NCBI RefSeq assembly: GCF_021869535.1 | Contig: NW_026262690.1 | Location: 69,378,001 to 69,442,000 of the forward strand | Reading direction: 5' to 3' | Origin: Mytilus californianus | Lineage: Eukaryota | Length of the DNA stretch: 64,000 nucleotides | Shown: positions 39,001 through 50,080 of the stretch, one piece after another | How positions within the stretch are numbered: position 1 is the stretch's first letter | Layout of the letters: every line of letters starts with the position of its first letter | Translations under genes and position numbers: made by a program | The notes under the pieces: model-generated | Told to the model about the DNA's origin: nothing | What the model saw: only the letters and a program-made list of their open reading frames with translations | Databases searched by the model: none

Positions 39001-40729
39001 TAAAATGGTGTAGAAAGATTCTGCCAGTCATAAAAACACATAATTAGTTTCATGACATGTCTTCAACTTAGTATTCTGCACCATCTCCAAAAACAGAGTG
39101 ATCGCATAGATCCAGCATGGCTGAATCAAAAATCCAGCGTTATTTGGTAATTACCTGCAATGTATTGTACCCAATGGTTTTAACAGTAAAACTATACAAA
39201 GCCTTGTTGTACCATTTTGTACCATACACTACATTTTTTTAAGTAATTCAAAGAGAACACATGTAACCAATGCATATAGGAACTATGGAGGCAAGACACA
39301 ACGAACCTCTGACACTTTTAATTCAAACAAAAAAATTTGTTGGAGGAAAATAAAACTAGAGGCTCTAAAGAGCCTGTGTCGCTCACCTAGGTCTATGTGC
39401 ATTTTTTCTATTTACAGTTTCTCTCTATCTTAAGTTTTTGCCCAAAACACAAAAATTGGTAAAAATCGTCATCAAAGAGCAAGAACTCTTAAAACAAGTC
39501 GACTAACGATTTCGACCATGTGACTTATTTGTAGATCTTGCTAATCATTTTTGTAACATCGCGATGACCGTGAGGGCATTTCGATGTATTGCTATCGCCT
39601 AGATTTCCATTACGTAACTTTCGTTTTGGGTTTGTAACCGATCTATAAACATGATAAATACGCGGATATTAACGATTGCAAACTAACACTCCTTATCGTT
39701 TGTTATAAATACATCTCTTCAATGAATACTGATAAAAATATTTTTGTTAAGAACATAAATTGATAACATGAAAATGTTTTTTCGTTAGATATATATATAT
39801 ATATATATATTGATAATATCTATGCACACATACCGAAAAATTGTGTTAAAGCATGCGGAAGAATATCTCAAGAACGTTTTGCGACAATCCCGACAAGGAC
39901 CGGTAACTCTGTAATTGTTTTTGCGGGAAAATATGAATGCCTACTTATATCCAATCTTTTAGAAAAATCGAATTTTTACAGAAGAGTGTCCACCATGCAC
40001 TTGCACTGCACTATTATTAGAATAGTATAATAGAATAATATACAAATGGATGAAAATTATATATATATGTAACTGTTATATTAATATAATATATAACAAC
40101 AAACTAGTATATACTGATTTGTATCACTACAATCATGACAATATAATAGTTATTACGGTGAGGTCGAATTTCCTGTCATTTATTCATCATCCACGCACGA
40201 ACTTGTCTCAGAAAAAAATATATCTCTGTACATTAACCTCAGTTTCAGGTATAGAGATGTGACTTTTTTCTGTGACAAGTGCTTTTGACCATCCACAAGA
40301 ACTTGCGGTCATCCGATGTTCAGTACTTCAGTACTTTGATTATTTAAAGTGTTTATTTATCTACTCTAGTTTTCAAGATAATATGCAAATTAATGACAAT
40401 GTATTAAATTTAAAAAAATACATGTTCTTCTTAAAACATCTTTGCACGACTCCATCTCGCTAAGCAAATCTATTGGTAAGTCACAAAAAAGTATTTTTTA
40501 AAAACAAAAAGAAATATAATTTTTTTTATCAAAAAAACTAATACTGTAGATATGTCCATCAAAACGTTTAGTAAATATACTGTTTTTCTGTCTTTTACAG
40601 AAATTGGGGGTACCAGAATTCTCAAAATCAATACAGTCATAATTTACATTAGCGATATTGGACATTTTTTAAAGGATCAGTCATTACAGAAATGCCGTAT
40701 TACAGTACCATAGTATACACCTCGACATT

Positions 40730-41827
40730 TCAATGCTTGTGTTTTTTAAAATGGCTAAGTTTATCAAATTCCTCTCCGCATTCTGTGCACGTATAACGAG
40801 GTTCTCCAGAATGCACAAGCATGTGAAGCTTCAATGATGATGATTGTGTATATGACTTGTCACACAAACTACACGTGTAAGGTTTCTCATTTGTATGAAG
40901 TCTACGGTGAATAGTCAAACCAGAGTCAGTAGTAAAGCATCGTCCACAAAAATCACATTTATAAGGTTTTTCACCAGTATGTAAGCGAGCATGTCGTACG
41001 AGATGATGCTTTTCGGTGAACTCTTTTGGACAAAGGTCACATTTGTATTCCTTCTTAGCCGGCGGGTAGTGGCATTTCATGTGACGAATAAGCTGATGAT
41101 TTTGTCCAAAATGTCTACCACAGATTTCACACTGTATAAAACTTCCTTCGTGTAAAAATTCTCCCGTGTGAACACTACTGTGTCGTCTGAGATGGCTTTT
41201 CTGTTTGAAAGATAGATCACACACGTCACACTGAAAAGGTCGTTCGCCTGTATGAACTCTCAAATGGTTCTCAAATCCTCTCTTATCCGGCTCTTGTTTT
41301 CCACACACTCCACATTTGAATTTTAACTGTTTATCATCTCTTACAACATCACCGATGTGAGATCTTTCGTGATTTACAAGTAGGTAAATCTTCTCAAAAG
41401 TCCTTCCACAAATCTCACACTTAAATTTCTTACTATTACGTGATTTCCCTCTATGAGTAGTCATGTGACTTCTTAAATTGCTGAAACTTGAAAAATCTTT
41501 GGAGCAAATTTCACATTCATTACTACAATCATTTGTACTAATCTCAAGACCATTATCCGTACCGATTTCATCATTTTCTTTCTCAAACTTTACGTGCCTT
41601 GGCGAATCCCCAATAAGCGAATCTTGTGCGCATGTCGAATGACATTCAGATACAGATGTTACATTAAATACAGATTTGACTTTTTCTGTTCTATTATCCT
41701 CAATATTAGTCTGTTTGTAATCAGTTTGGTATACATCGGGCTCTTTCTTCAGTCGAACTGTATTTATTTTATCTGTGGCACTCGTATATTCTTGTTTTAT
41801 CCCACAAAAACCTTGCACATTTTCCAT
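40730..41827 (-). CDS. ZNF paralogue 5: 365-aa C2H2 zinc-finger protein, 9 fingers, N-terminally truncated
   Basis: Open 365-codon frame with fingers 2-10 collinear with the paralogues. The ancestral start position reads ATA (41901) and the N-terminal module is decayed; acceptor at 41924-41926. Confidence 0.8.
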   Translation of the reverse strand: MENVQGFCGIKQEYTSATDKINTVRLKKEPDVYQTDYKQTNIEDNRTEKVKSVFNVTSVSECHSTCAQDSLIGDSPRHVKFEKENDEIGTDNGLEISTNDCSNECEICSKDFSSFSNLRSHMTTHRGKSRNSKKFKCEICGRTFEKIYLLVNHERSHIGDVVRDDKQLKFKCGVCGKQEPDKRGFENHLRVHTGERPFQCDVCDLSFKQKSHLRRHSSVHTGEFLHEGSFIQCEICGRHFGQNHQLIRHMKCHYPPAKKEYKCDLCPKEFTEKHHLVRHARLHTGEKPYKCDFCGRCFTTDSGLTIHRRLHTNEKPYTCSLCDKSYTQSSSLKLHMLVHSGEPRYTCTECGEEFDKLSHFKKHKH

Positions 41828-42492
41828 TTACTTAATATTGGTCATCGACTTCGTTGTCTTTTCTCTGTCATTGAACTACCGTTGTCTTTGATGAAAGTTA
41901 TAACTTTTGATTTTAAATATTCTCTGGAAATATAAAAAGTCGATAAATTACAATATAGGACAGACCAACGATGTAGATTATTGTAGGACGGTCCTAAATT
42001 TCAGAATGTTTAAAACTAAGGATTACTCTGAATTCAGAATGATACGATATATGGAAATGGGGGAGGGGTGTAAGTGTTAATAGCAAAAACAACTATATAC
42101 GCAGAATGGTGCTCTACATTATAATTCACTAGACACAGTTATTTCTATGTACCAAGTAAAAGTTTGGGTTGCAACCCTTAATAACCACTTACAGATAGAA
42201 ATCGGAAAGTGTCGTGCATTGCCAATCTGATAAAAAATTCAGATCTAGTGTGACTCGCGTACCATAGTCGAAGCACAGACTGGTTTTAAAAAAATAGTAC
42301 ATTGAAGATACGCACCAAGATTAAATAAATGAGAAAAAAAATATGTACAATTTATTATATCTATGTGCTGCTGTTACTTTTTCCTCATCAAACAGAAAGT
42401 GTATGAGCTACCATCAATCTGATTGATAAACTCTGCAGCGATCAATTAAAGAAAAAAAATGCTTCAAAATCAGACTTGCGTAACCCTGGACG

Positions 42493-43562
42493 TTTTTTGT
42501 CGAGCCTTCGACTTTTGTCGAAAAAGCGAGACATAGCGATCCTACATTCCGTCGGCGTCGTCGTCGTCGTCGTCGGCGGCTGCGGCGTCCACAAATATTC
42601 ACTCGGTGGTTAAAGTTTTTGAAATTTTAATAACTTTCTTAAACTATCCTGGATTTCAACCAAACTTGCACAGAAGCTTGTTTATGATCATAAGATAATA
42701 TTCAAAAGTAAATTTTGTAAAAAAAATTCCACTTTTTCCGTATTTTACTTATAAATGGACTTAGTTTTTCTGCCAGGAAACATTACATTCACGCTGTGGT
42801 TAAAGTTTTTGAAATTTTAATAACTTTCTTAAAATATCCTGGATTTCTACCAAACTTGGAAAGAAGCTTGTTTATGATCATAAGATAGTATCCAGAAGGA
42901 AATTTTGTAAAAAAAATTCTATTTTTTCCGTATTTTACTTATATATGGACTTAGTTTTTCTGCCAGGAAACATTACATTCACTCTGTGGTTAAAAGTTTT
43001 TGAAATTTTAATAACTTTCTTAAACTATCCTGGATTTCTACCAAACTTGGAAAGAATCTTGTTTATGATCATAAGATAGTATCCAAAAGTAAATTTTGTA
43101 AAAATAAATTCCGTTTTTTCCGTATTTTACTTTTAAATGGACTTAGTTTTTCCGCCAGGAAACATTACATTCACTCTGTGGTTAAAGTTTTTAAAATTTT
43201 AACAACTTTCTTAAACTATCCTGGATTTCTACCAAACTTGGAAAGAAGCTTGTTTATGATCATAAGATAGTATCCAAAAGTAAATTTTGTAAAAATAAAT
43301 TCCATTTTTTCCGTATTTTACTTATAAATGTACTGAGTTTTTCTTCCAGTTAACATTACATACAGTCTGCAGTGTAAGTTTTTAAAACATTTATTAGATT
43401 CATAAACTATCCTGGATTTTTACCAAACTTGGACAGAAGCTACTTACAATCAAAAGATAGCATAGAGAGGAATATTTTTATTAATATTTTTCCTTATTTT
43501 TGTTGAGCCTGCGATTAACAGCAAAAGTAGGCGAGACACTGGGTTCCGCGGAACCCTTATTA
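42493..43562 (+). mobile_element. HINE-like family C with ~190-bp tandem array (4+ units)
   Basis: 5' tttttgtcgagcc, (GTC)n, units starting at ~42605, 42795, 42985, 43177 and 43368, then 3' ggcgagaca and hairpin gggttccgcggaaccc. Fragments at ~10080-10120, ~47915-47995 and ~48500-48540. Confidence 0.82.
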
Positions 43563-45349
43563 TTTTTTTTAAATTCGTGATGCATGCGTCTATATCGTAT
43601 ATATATGGTAAAAATAAAGAGGTCTATGTTGAAGATCGTATGTTTGCCCCAGATGATCTAATTGTAGTTTAATTAAAAAGAGATTGCATTATCAATAGAA
43701 AGAACACATACAATAAAGGCTGAACTAGAGCTAAAAATACAAATATTTATGTTACATAGAAAAGGGGATCTTGTAGCTTACTTTAGTGCCATATTAAAAT
43801 CTGTCTGTACTGAAATATTTTAACATGTTAATTAGTATACAGTGTAAACATTCCATCGTGTTACTGTGTGCATCAAATCATAATTATGTATTGTAAGTTT
43901 ATCACTGTGATAACACGATGCCCATCAAGGCCCCTTAATTAGAATAGTAAATGTTCTTTAATCTTTAATCAGTGGAAGTAAGTAGAAAACACAATATCGA
44001 AAGCACAAAAATGAGGCTAAAAATGCAATATTTGATGATTTTGCGGTATTGAAAGAAAAACAGATGTACTATGTAAAGGGAGACAACCCTATATAATTTT
44101 CTTTTCTCTGTTCACAGTGAAAAAACTGTCGGGAAGAAAATAACAAGCGAGATGGCAGGAAAACGCCATATTGATATCATAAACAGAATTATTTTATGCG
44201 CCCATATTATTACACCTTGACCTTTGCAGTTTAATCACATACCTGATTGAATTTTATATATTAATCTGATGATGATCCATTCCACGTACGTGTTCAGATA
44301 AATGTGGAACACACTAGCAACATCTCGTCCAATGAAAACACAGTATATATTTAGCCTTACTATCTTTTTTAATTTTTGCTTTCTATATATAATTTTGAAA
44401 ATATTCTGCTCATACTGCTGGTCAGATAACTATGATTTTTCGATACAAGTTAACTTACACACTTAATAATTATTATATTTTGTCGATAAAATTTACTAAA
44501 ATGTTTTAAAAATAAATATTAATGAAATACCAGTGTCCACCTCCTGCTTCCCGCTTCGATCTACAGTGTATAGATGTAATACCCACTAATGTGAATTGTG
44601 TGGAGTTAAACCTCTGTATTTTTCTTTCAGTAAAGAGAAGGAGGTATACTAGTAGATTGAACATTTTCAACTATGTAAACCACTTATTGTTGGGAGAAAA
44701 AAGTAGTCCTATAATATAGGCCTTCGTAGGTATATATCGTTGCAAAAATCTAACAAGCACTTAATTGCTATTCCCGGAGCTCTGTCTATCTGTATTTAAC
44801 ATATCATTTTCTCCTTAAGGGCCCATTTATGGTAAAGTAAAGAATTCAATATTTTTCTTTATTAAAGATTGATAAAAAGAACTCTTGAATTGACTTGGAG
44901 AAACATGTAATTAATCTTGAGACTAGCATCTAGTCTTGTGTTCTAATCTTTCAGCTCAAATTTGGATAGTATTGAATTAAATGTATAGATAAATGGGCTC
45001 TAACAATGACTACATGGAGAAAAAAATGTCTTAAAATAATGAGAAAGAGAAATAATTACGGTTTAAAAACGGTTAAACAAGAACCATCTTAGTATTTGCA
45101 TTTGCCAGAAAAAAAGAGCATTTATTTCGGGAACAGTCAGTTTCTCGGAAGCATTTCTCGAACACGAGAAATAAGTATTTTTTTTGCATTTTGGTTTGCC
45201 GTTAAGGAAGTATGATGATTTCCTTTTTTGTTGTCCAATAAAATTCCTTTGTCTACCCAAGTCCGACTGTCAAATAGCACTGACTAACAACGTTGTCTTC
45301 ATCATATACTGTCATCTATTATTAAATTATTTATATTTAAATTATCAAC

Positions 45350-45665
45350 AGTTTCGTCGATGGTATATTGGTATCATGCTCAATTGCGTGCAAGATGTCA
45401 TGTGTTCGATTCCCGACCGGTTCGGGTACGTTAATGTCTTTTGGGAGTTAGACCAAAGACCGTCAGCACAATGTTTACTGGTAGGGTGATATGTCTTATC
45501 ACACACCGTTGGCTAATATAATAGATTATAAAAGATTCGACTCAACATGTGTATCTATATATACATATGAAGTTTACATGTGAAGTTTATATATGCTTGT
45601 TATCGTTAGGAATATGCATGTTATGTTTGCCGCTGGATGCTTAGCAGCAATCATTTAATCATATT
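45350..45665 (+). mobile_element. Degenerate tRNA-derived SINE
   Basis: B-box-like gttcgattcc near 45410 and the SINE-type 3' end tttgccgctggatgcttagcagcaatc near 45625; heavily diverged. Confidence 0.4.
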
Positions 45666-45781
45666 GAATCTCCCTGTCTCTTTCCTGAAAAGTCGGTTCT
45701 CCCAAGATTAAAAATCACTTATAGTGCTGATAAAATCCATAATACTAGTATTTAGATTTCATGAAAAAAACCCAAGAATCA

Positions 45782-48700
45782 TATGGAACGCCACAGCTGT
45801 CTTATGTGGAACTCTGATATTACTTTATGTTGTTTTATTATTACTTGATGATATTTTGTCTTTACTTAATATGGTTTTGACATTACGTAATGATGTTTTG
45901 ATATAACTCAATATGGAATAGTCATTACTTAATGATATTTCGATATTACACGATATGGTTTCGTATTGACTTGATATAGTTTTGTCATTACTCAATATGG
46001 TTTTGTCATTACTCGATGTGGTTTCACCATTATTTAATGTGGTTGTGTCATTAGTCAATGTGGTTTTAACATTACTTGATGTGAATGTGACTTAACGTTA
46101 TGTAGTTGTTTCATTACATGATGTGGTTTTGTTATTTTGTAATGATGATTTGCCTATTCTTTATATGGTTTTAACATTACGTAATGATGTTTCAAAATTT
46201 GACGATTTTACACTACATGATGTGTTTGTTTCATTATTTGATGTGGTCCTGTCATTCTTTGATGTGGTTATCCCATTACTTGATGAGGTAAAATCACGTG
46301 ACCAATTCGGAAAAACCTGTTCTATTTTTAGATAGATTTCCATGTTGTATGTGCCTTGGATGAGTGTGGCCATCCATCAAATTAGAGTTCAAATTAAAGT
46401 TCGGGTTACTGTTTGAGTTAAACTTTGAGTTAGTCTTCGATTTCGAATTCAAGTCATTATTAGAATTAAAGTTTTAGTTAGCATTGAGTCTCGAGTTGGA
46501 CTTCGAGTTTGAGTCACATTTAACTGAGGTAGAGTTCTAGTTACAACATTAAATTTGAGTCACTTTTTGAGGTAGAGTTTGAGTAAGATTCGAATTTAAG
46601 TCTCATTTAGATTAATTAAGATTTTGAGTTGAAATTCGAGCTATCTTACATGAGTTCGTAATTAAATTTTCTATCGCGGAACAAGGACTTTTGCTCGGGC
46701 TTCCGAAAAGAGGGCCCCGGGGTATGCGTACAAAAGATAAACACTGTTACAGTATACAAAACGCAACATAGAAGTTGAAATAAAGTTAGATGTGGTGTGA
46801 TTGACAATGAGACAACTATCCATCAGAGTTTAAATGCAGTGGATGTAAGAAATCATATATAGGCAACCGTACAGCCTTCAACACACCGTATAGTCAGCTA
46901 CAAAAGGCCACCATGCAACATGTGAATAAATTCAAACGAAAAAACAAACGGTCTTATTTATAAATAAACAATCTACAAAAAAAAAAATAACACACATTTA
47001 TACGACAACAATTGAACTTCATGCTCCTGACTTGGGGCAGGTACATAAAGAAATTGCACGTGGCGGAGTTTAACATGTATGTGAGCGCTAAATCCTAACC
47101 TTACATCGGACTGTTACAGTTGTGTAACAGCACAACACGAGAAAAAAATGTAAACTAGACAAAGTGATGCCCCCGCACTCAACTCATTTAACCGCTTATA
47201 CCCCAAAAATGACAAAAAAAAGTTCAATTATCTCCCAAAAGAGCAAAAAAAAAAACCTGACCAAATGTACACCTTCAATATATGTACAAACAGACAGTAA
47301 AGAGAAAACTTCCTAGGTTTCAAACTGTAGGAGGAGTTATGCGGAATAACTATATACCCATAATGGGACGGACAGACGGACGGACGGACGGGGGTAAAAC
47401 AATATGCTCCCCCCCCCCCCCCAACTTTCAGTTGCGGTGGCATACAGAACAGTTTCATTTGGCTGTTTCAATAGATCGGTATGACTGGGTAATATAAATC
47501 CATCGGGGTGATCTCGGATGCTCCAGAAAGGCACCCGTCGTGTTTTTCGAGAAAGTACAAACCCAGTGATTTGGTTTTATTTGGTAGTTTACATTCAAGG
47601 AAAAGATGACGGTTTTATGGTTACGACCACTGGAACATGTCCGTCGTCACATATGAAACAGATATTCCAAAAAGTTTATTTTTCAATTAGTGCGAGGTAG
47701 ATCAGGGAATTCAATTGATTACAAATAAAAGATTGATATTCGTATAAGTTCAAATGATCATTTACGCTAAAAAAAAATCGGAGAATTCTTATTTTATAGT
47801 ATTGATGCTTTGTCGCTTAGTCCGAGCCCCCCTCCCCCCGTTTCCCTGTAACTTTAGTGTGAGTTGATTTGAAGTGTTTCATTTGTTAACAATAAAGTTC
47901 AAGTCTTTTGATTTGTGTCGAGCCTGCGACATCAATGTAGCGGCAGTGAGACACAAAAAACCTATATTCCGTCGTCGATAATGGCGTCGGCGTCTCCATC
48001 TCCATTTTTTAAATTTCTATTGAGTTTAACCTTTCATTATACATGTTACTAAACATGTATGCCATGTATATTACTTTTAGAATATCATACTGGATTTGTT
48101 TACCTCGACTATTGTATCTGTATTTATATTGTATGTTTCTCTGTAAACTTGTATTTAGTTTTTAGAGAATAAAGTATCTATCTATCTATCTATAGATCGT
48201 TAGGTTTCTAGGTTTTTACATTTTTCATTTCGGGACCTTTTATAGCTTACTATAGGGTATGGGTTTTGCTCATTGTTGAAAACCATACAGTTTTGTTTTA
48301 GTTAAATAAAACCGAATTTAACTGTTTTGACATGATAAATTTGTAAACCTCCATGAAGTGTTTTAAAACTTGTATAGGAGTTATTCCTCAATTTCAAGAA
48401 AAAGCATCTACAGAAAAACCTTTTTTTTTTAAATTTTTTTTCCCCGATAAATGTGGTGATAAATGTACAGCCGATCAACATGACGCTTTTACACTTACAG
48501 CAGCAATATCAGGCGAGACACAGGGTTCCGTGGAATATTTTACAAATTTATTACAAAAATACTGCTTCCGTTTGAGAACAACAGGACCAAGTGGTTTGGG
48601 ATATCCCAATTATGTCCGAAATACTGTAAACTTTTTAATACTTTTTTTCTTATTATTGTCTGCCGTTCCCCTTTTTCATACCAAATAACTCTGAACAACC

Positions 48701-49324
48701 ACTCGAACTTTAACTCAATGGATAGCGATTCCCATCCAAAGCACATTAAACAAATGATATATTGAAATCTGTTTAAAAATAGAACATATTTTTTTCCGAA
48801 TTGGTCACGTGGTTTTACCTCATCAAGTAATGGGATAACCACATCAAAGAATGACAGGACCACATCAGATAATGAAACAAACACATCATATAGTGTAAAA
48901 TCGTCAAATTTTGAAACATCATTGCGTAATGTTAAAACCATATAAAGAATAGGCAAATCATCATTACGAAATAACAAAACCACATCATGTAATGAAACAA
49001 CTACATAACGTTAAGTCACATTCACATCAAGTAATGTTAAAACCACATTGACTAATGACATAACCACATTAAATAATGGTGAAACCACATCGAGTAATGA
49101 CAAAACCATATTGAGTAATGACAAAACTGTATCAAGTCAATACGAAACCATATCGTGTAATATCGATATATCATTAAGTAATGACTATTCCATATTGAGT
49201 TATATCAAAACATCATTACGTAATGTCAAAACCATATTAAGTAAAGACAAAATATCATCAAGTAATAATAAAACAACATAAAGTAATATCAGAGTTTCAC
49301 ATAAGACAGCTGTGGCGTTCCATA
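45782..49324. mobile_element. 3543-bp non-autonomous DNA transposon with ~530-bp near-identical TIRs and 6-bp TSD (IS3EU-like)
   Basis: GAATCA|TATGGAACGCCACAGCTGTC...GACAGCTGTGGCGTTCCATA|GAATCA (TSD at 45776-45781 and 49325-49330). TIR core 45782-~46310 vs ~48797-49324, built from ~21-bp subrepeats; no transposase ORF inside. Confidence 0.85.
47154..47444 (-). mobile_element. HINE-like family D, copy 2 (reverse), inside the IS3EU-like element
   Basis: Reverse complement of 35496-36025 with fewer internal units. Confidence 0.8.
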
Positions 49325-49400
49325 GAATCAACTTAGCTGAACTTTGAAATGGACCAAACCAAATACTTTCAAATAATATTTTTATTCTTTATAATCACAG

Positions 49401-49495
49401 ATAGAAGAAATAGAACGTCAAATATCAGAATATGAGGAGAATCTTCAAGATATAGAAAAATCTCTCAGATTGGAGGAATTAACAGACCAAAAGAG
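49401..49495 (+). CDS. CCDC167: CCDC167 internal exon (coiled coil)
   Basis: ataatcacAG|...|GTaaat; reads IEEIERQISEYEENLQDIEKSLRLEELTDQK(R), 95 nt, phase 0/2; splices in frame to 53063. Confidence 0.8.
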
Positions 49496-50080
49496 GTAAA
49501 TTAAACGTGTTAAAATATAAAGCGCTAGGTTTCTGAAATCAGCATTAGAAACGTAAAACTGGTATTTAGTGTATTATTCAATGTGTATAATGTTTACCTG
49601 ATACGTGCTGAAGTCCACTGTTATTTAATACAAATCTATACACTATTGAAATGATAAATTCAATCTCGCCTGCTCTCTACTTCTCAACATTATATAGATA
49701 AAACAAAAGATGTAGAGGAACTATAAATATTAAAAAAGACCACAAAAGACTCATTTATCTTAAACAATAGACTATACCATATGTCAAGTTTTATATAAAT
49801 CCAAGTTGAGCATGAAAAAAGCTGTCATCAAAGCCAAATTATGTGAAGGATAAAAATATCAAGATATAAGAACTGAGGTTATTGACTTGTGACAGACACA
49901 TTTACTAATGACTGGGTTAATATTGTTTTTAAGTACTCAACCCCTAATAGCTTTTATCTAAATTAGGAGAATAAAAAAATGTGACCATAAAAGAACGTAT
50001 AAGAAGCAATACTATAGAACTTTGACATTACTGGCTTAAAGGCGACTAAAAAGCATAATGAGTGAAACCAGCTGAATCAA

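Noticed and set aside
8595-41926. lola/mod(mdg4)-style locus with one shared 5' exon spliced to alternative ZNF exons
   Set aside because: Every CDS exon has an acceptor, but four carry their own ATG, and ZNF1/ZNF2 have separately duplicated upstream blocks with donor-like sites. Not excluded without transcripts, but unsupported.
8708-41935. Short alternative-frame and antisense ORFs overlapping the ZNF genes
   Set aside because: Shadow frames of the conserved finger codons, recurring in the paralogues for that reason.
45380-45430. Possible tRNA gene (gttcgattcc B box)
   Set aside because: No cloverleaf could be folded; it is followed by SINE-like body and tail.
45825-49281. Duplicated T/S/N-rich ORFs (45825-46058, 49048-49281, 46123-46335, 48540-48983)
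   Set aside because: These are translations of the TIR subrepeats on opposite strands; no transposase motifs.
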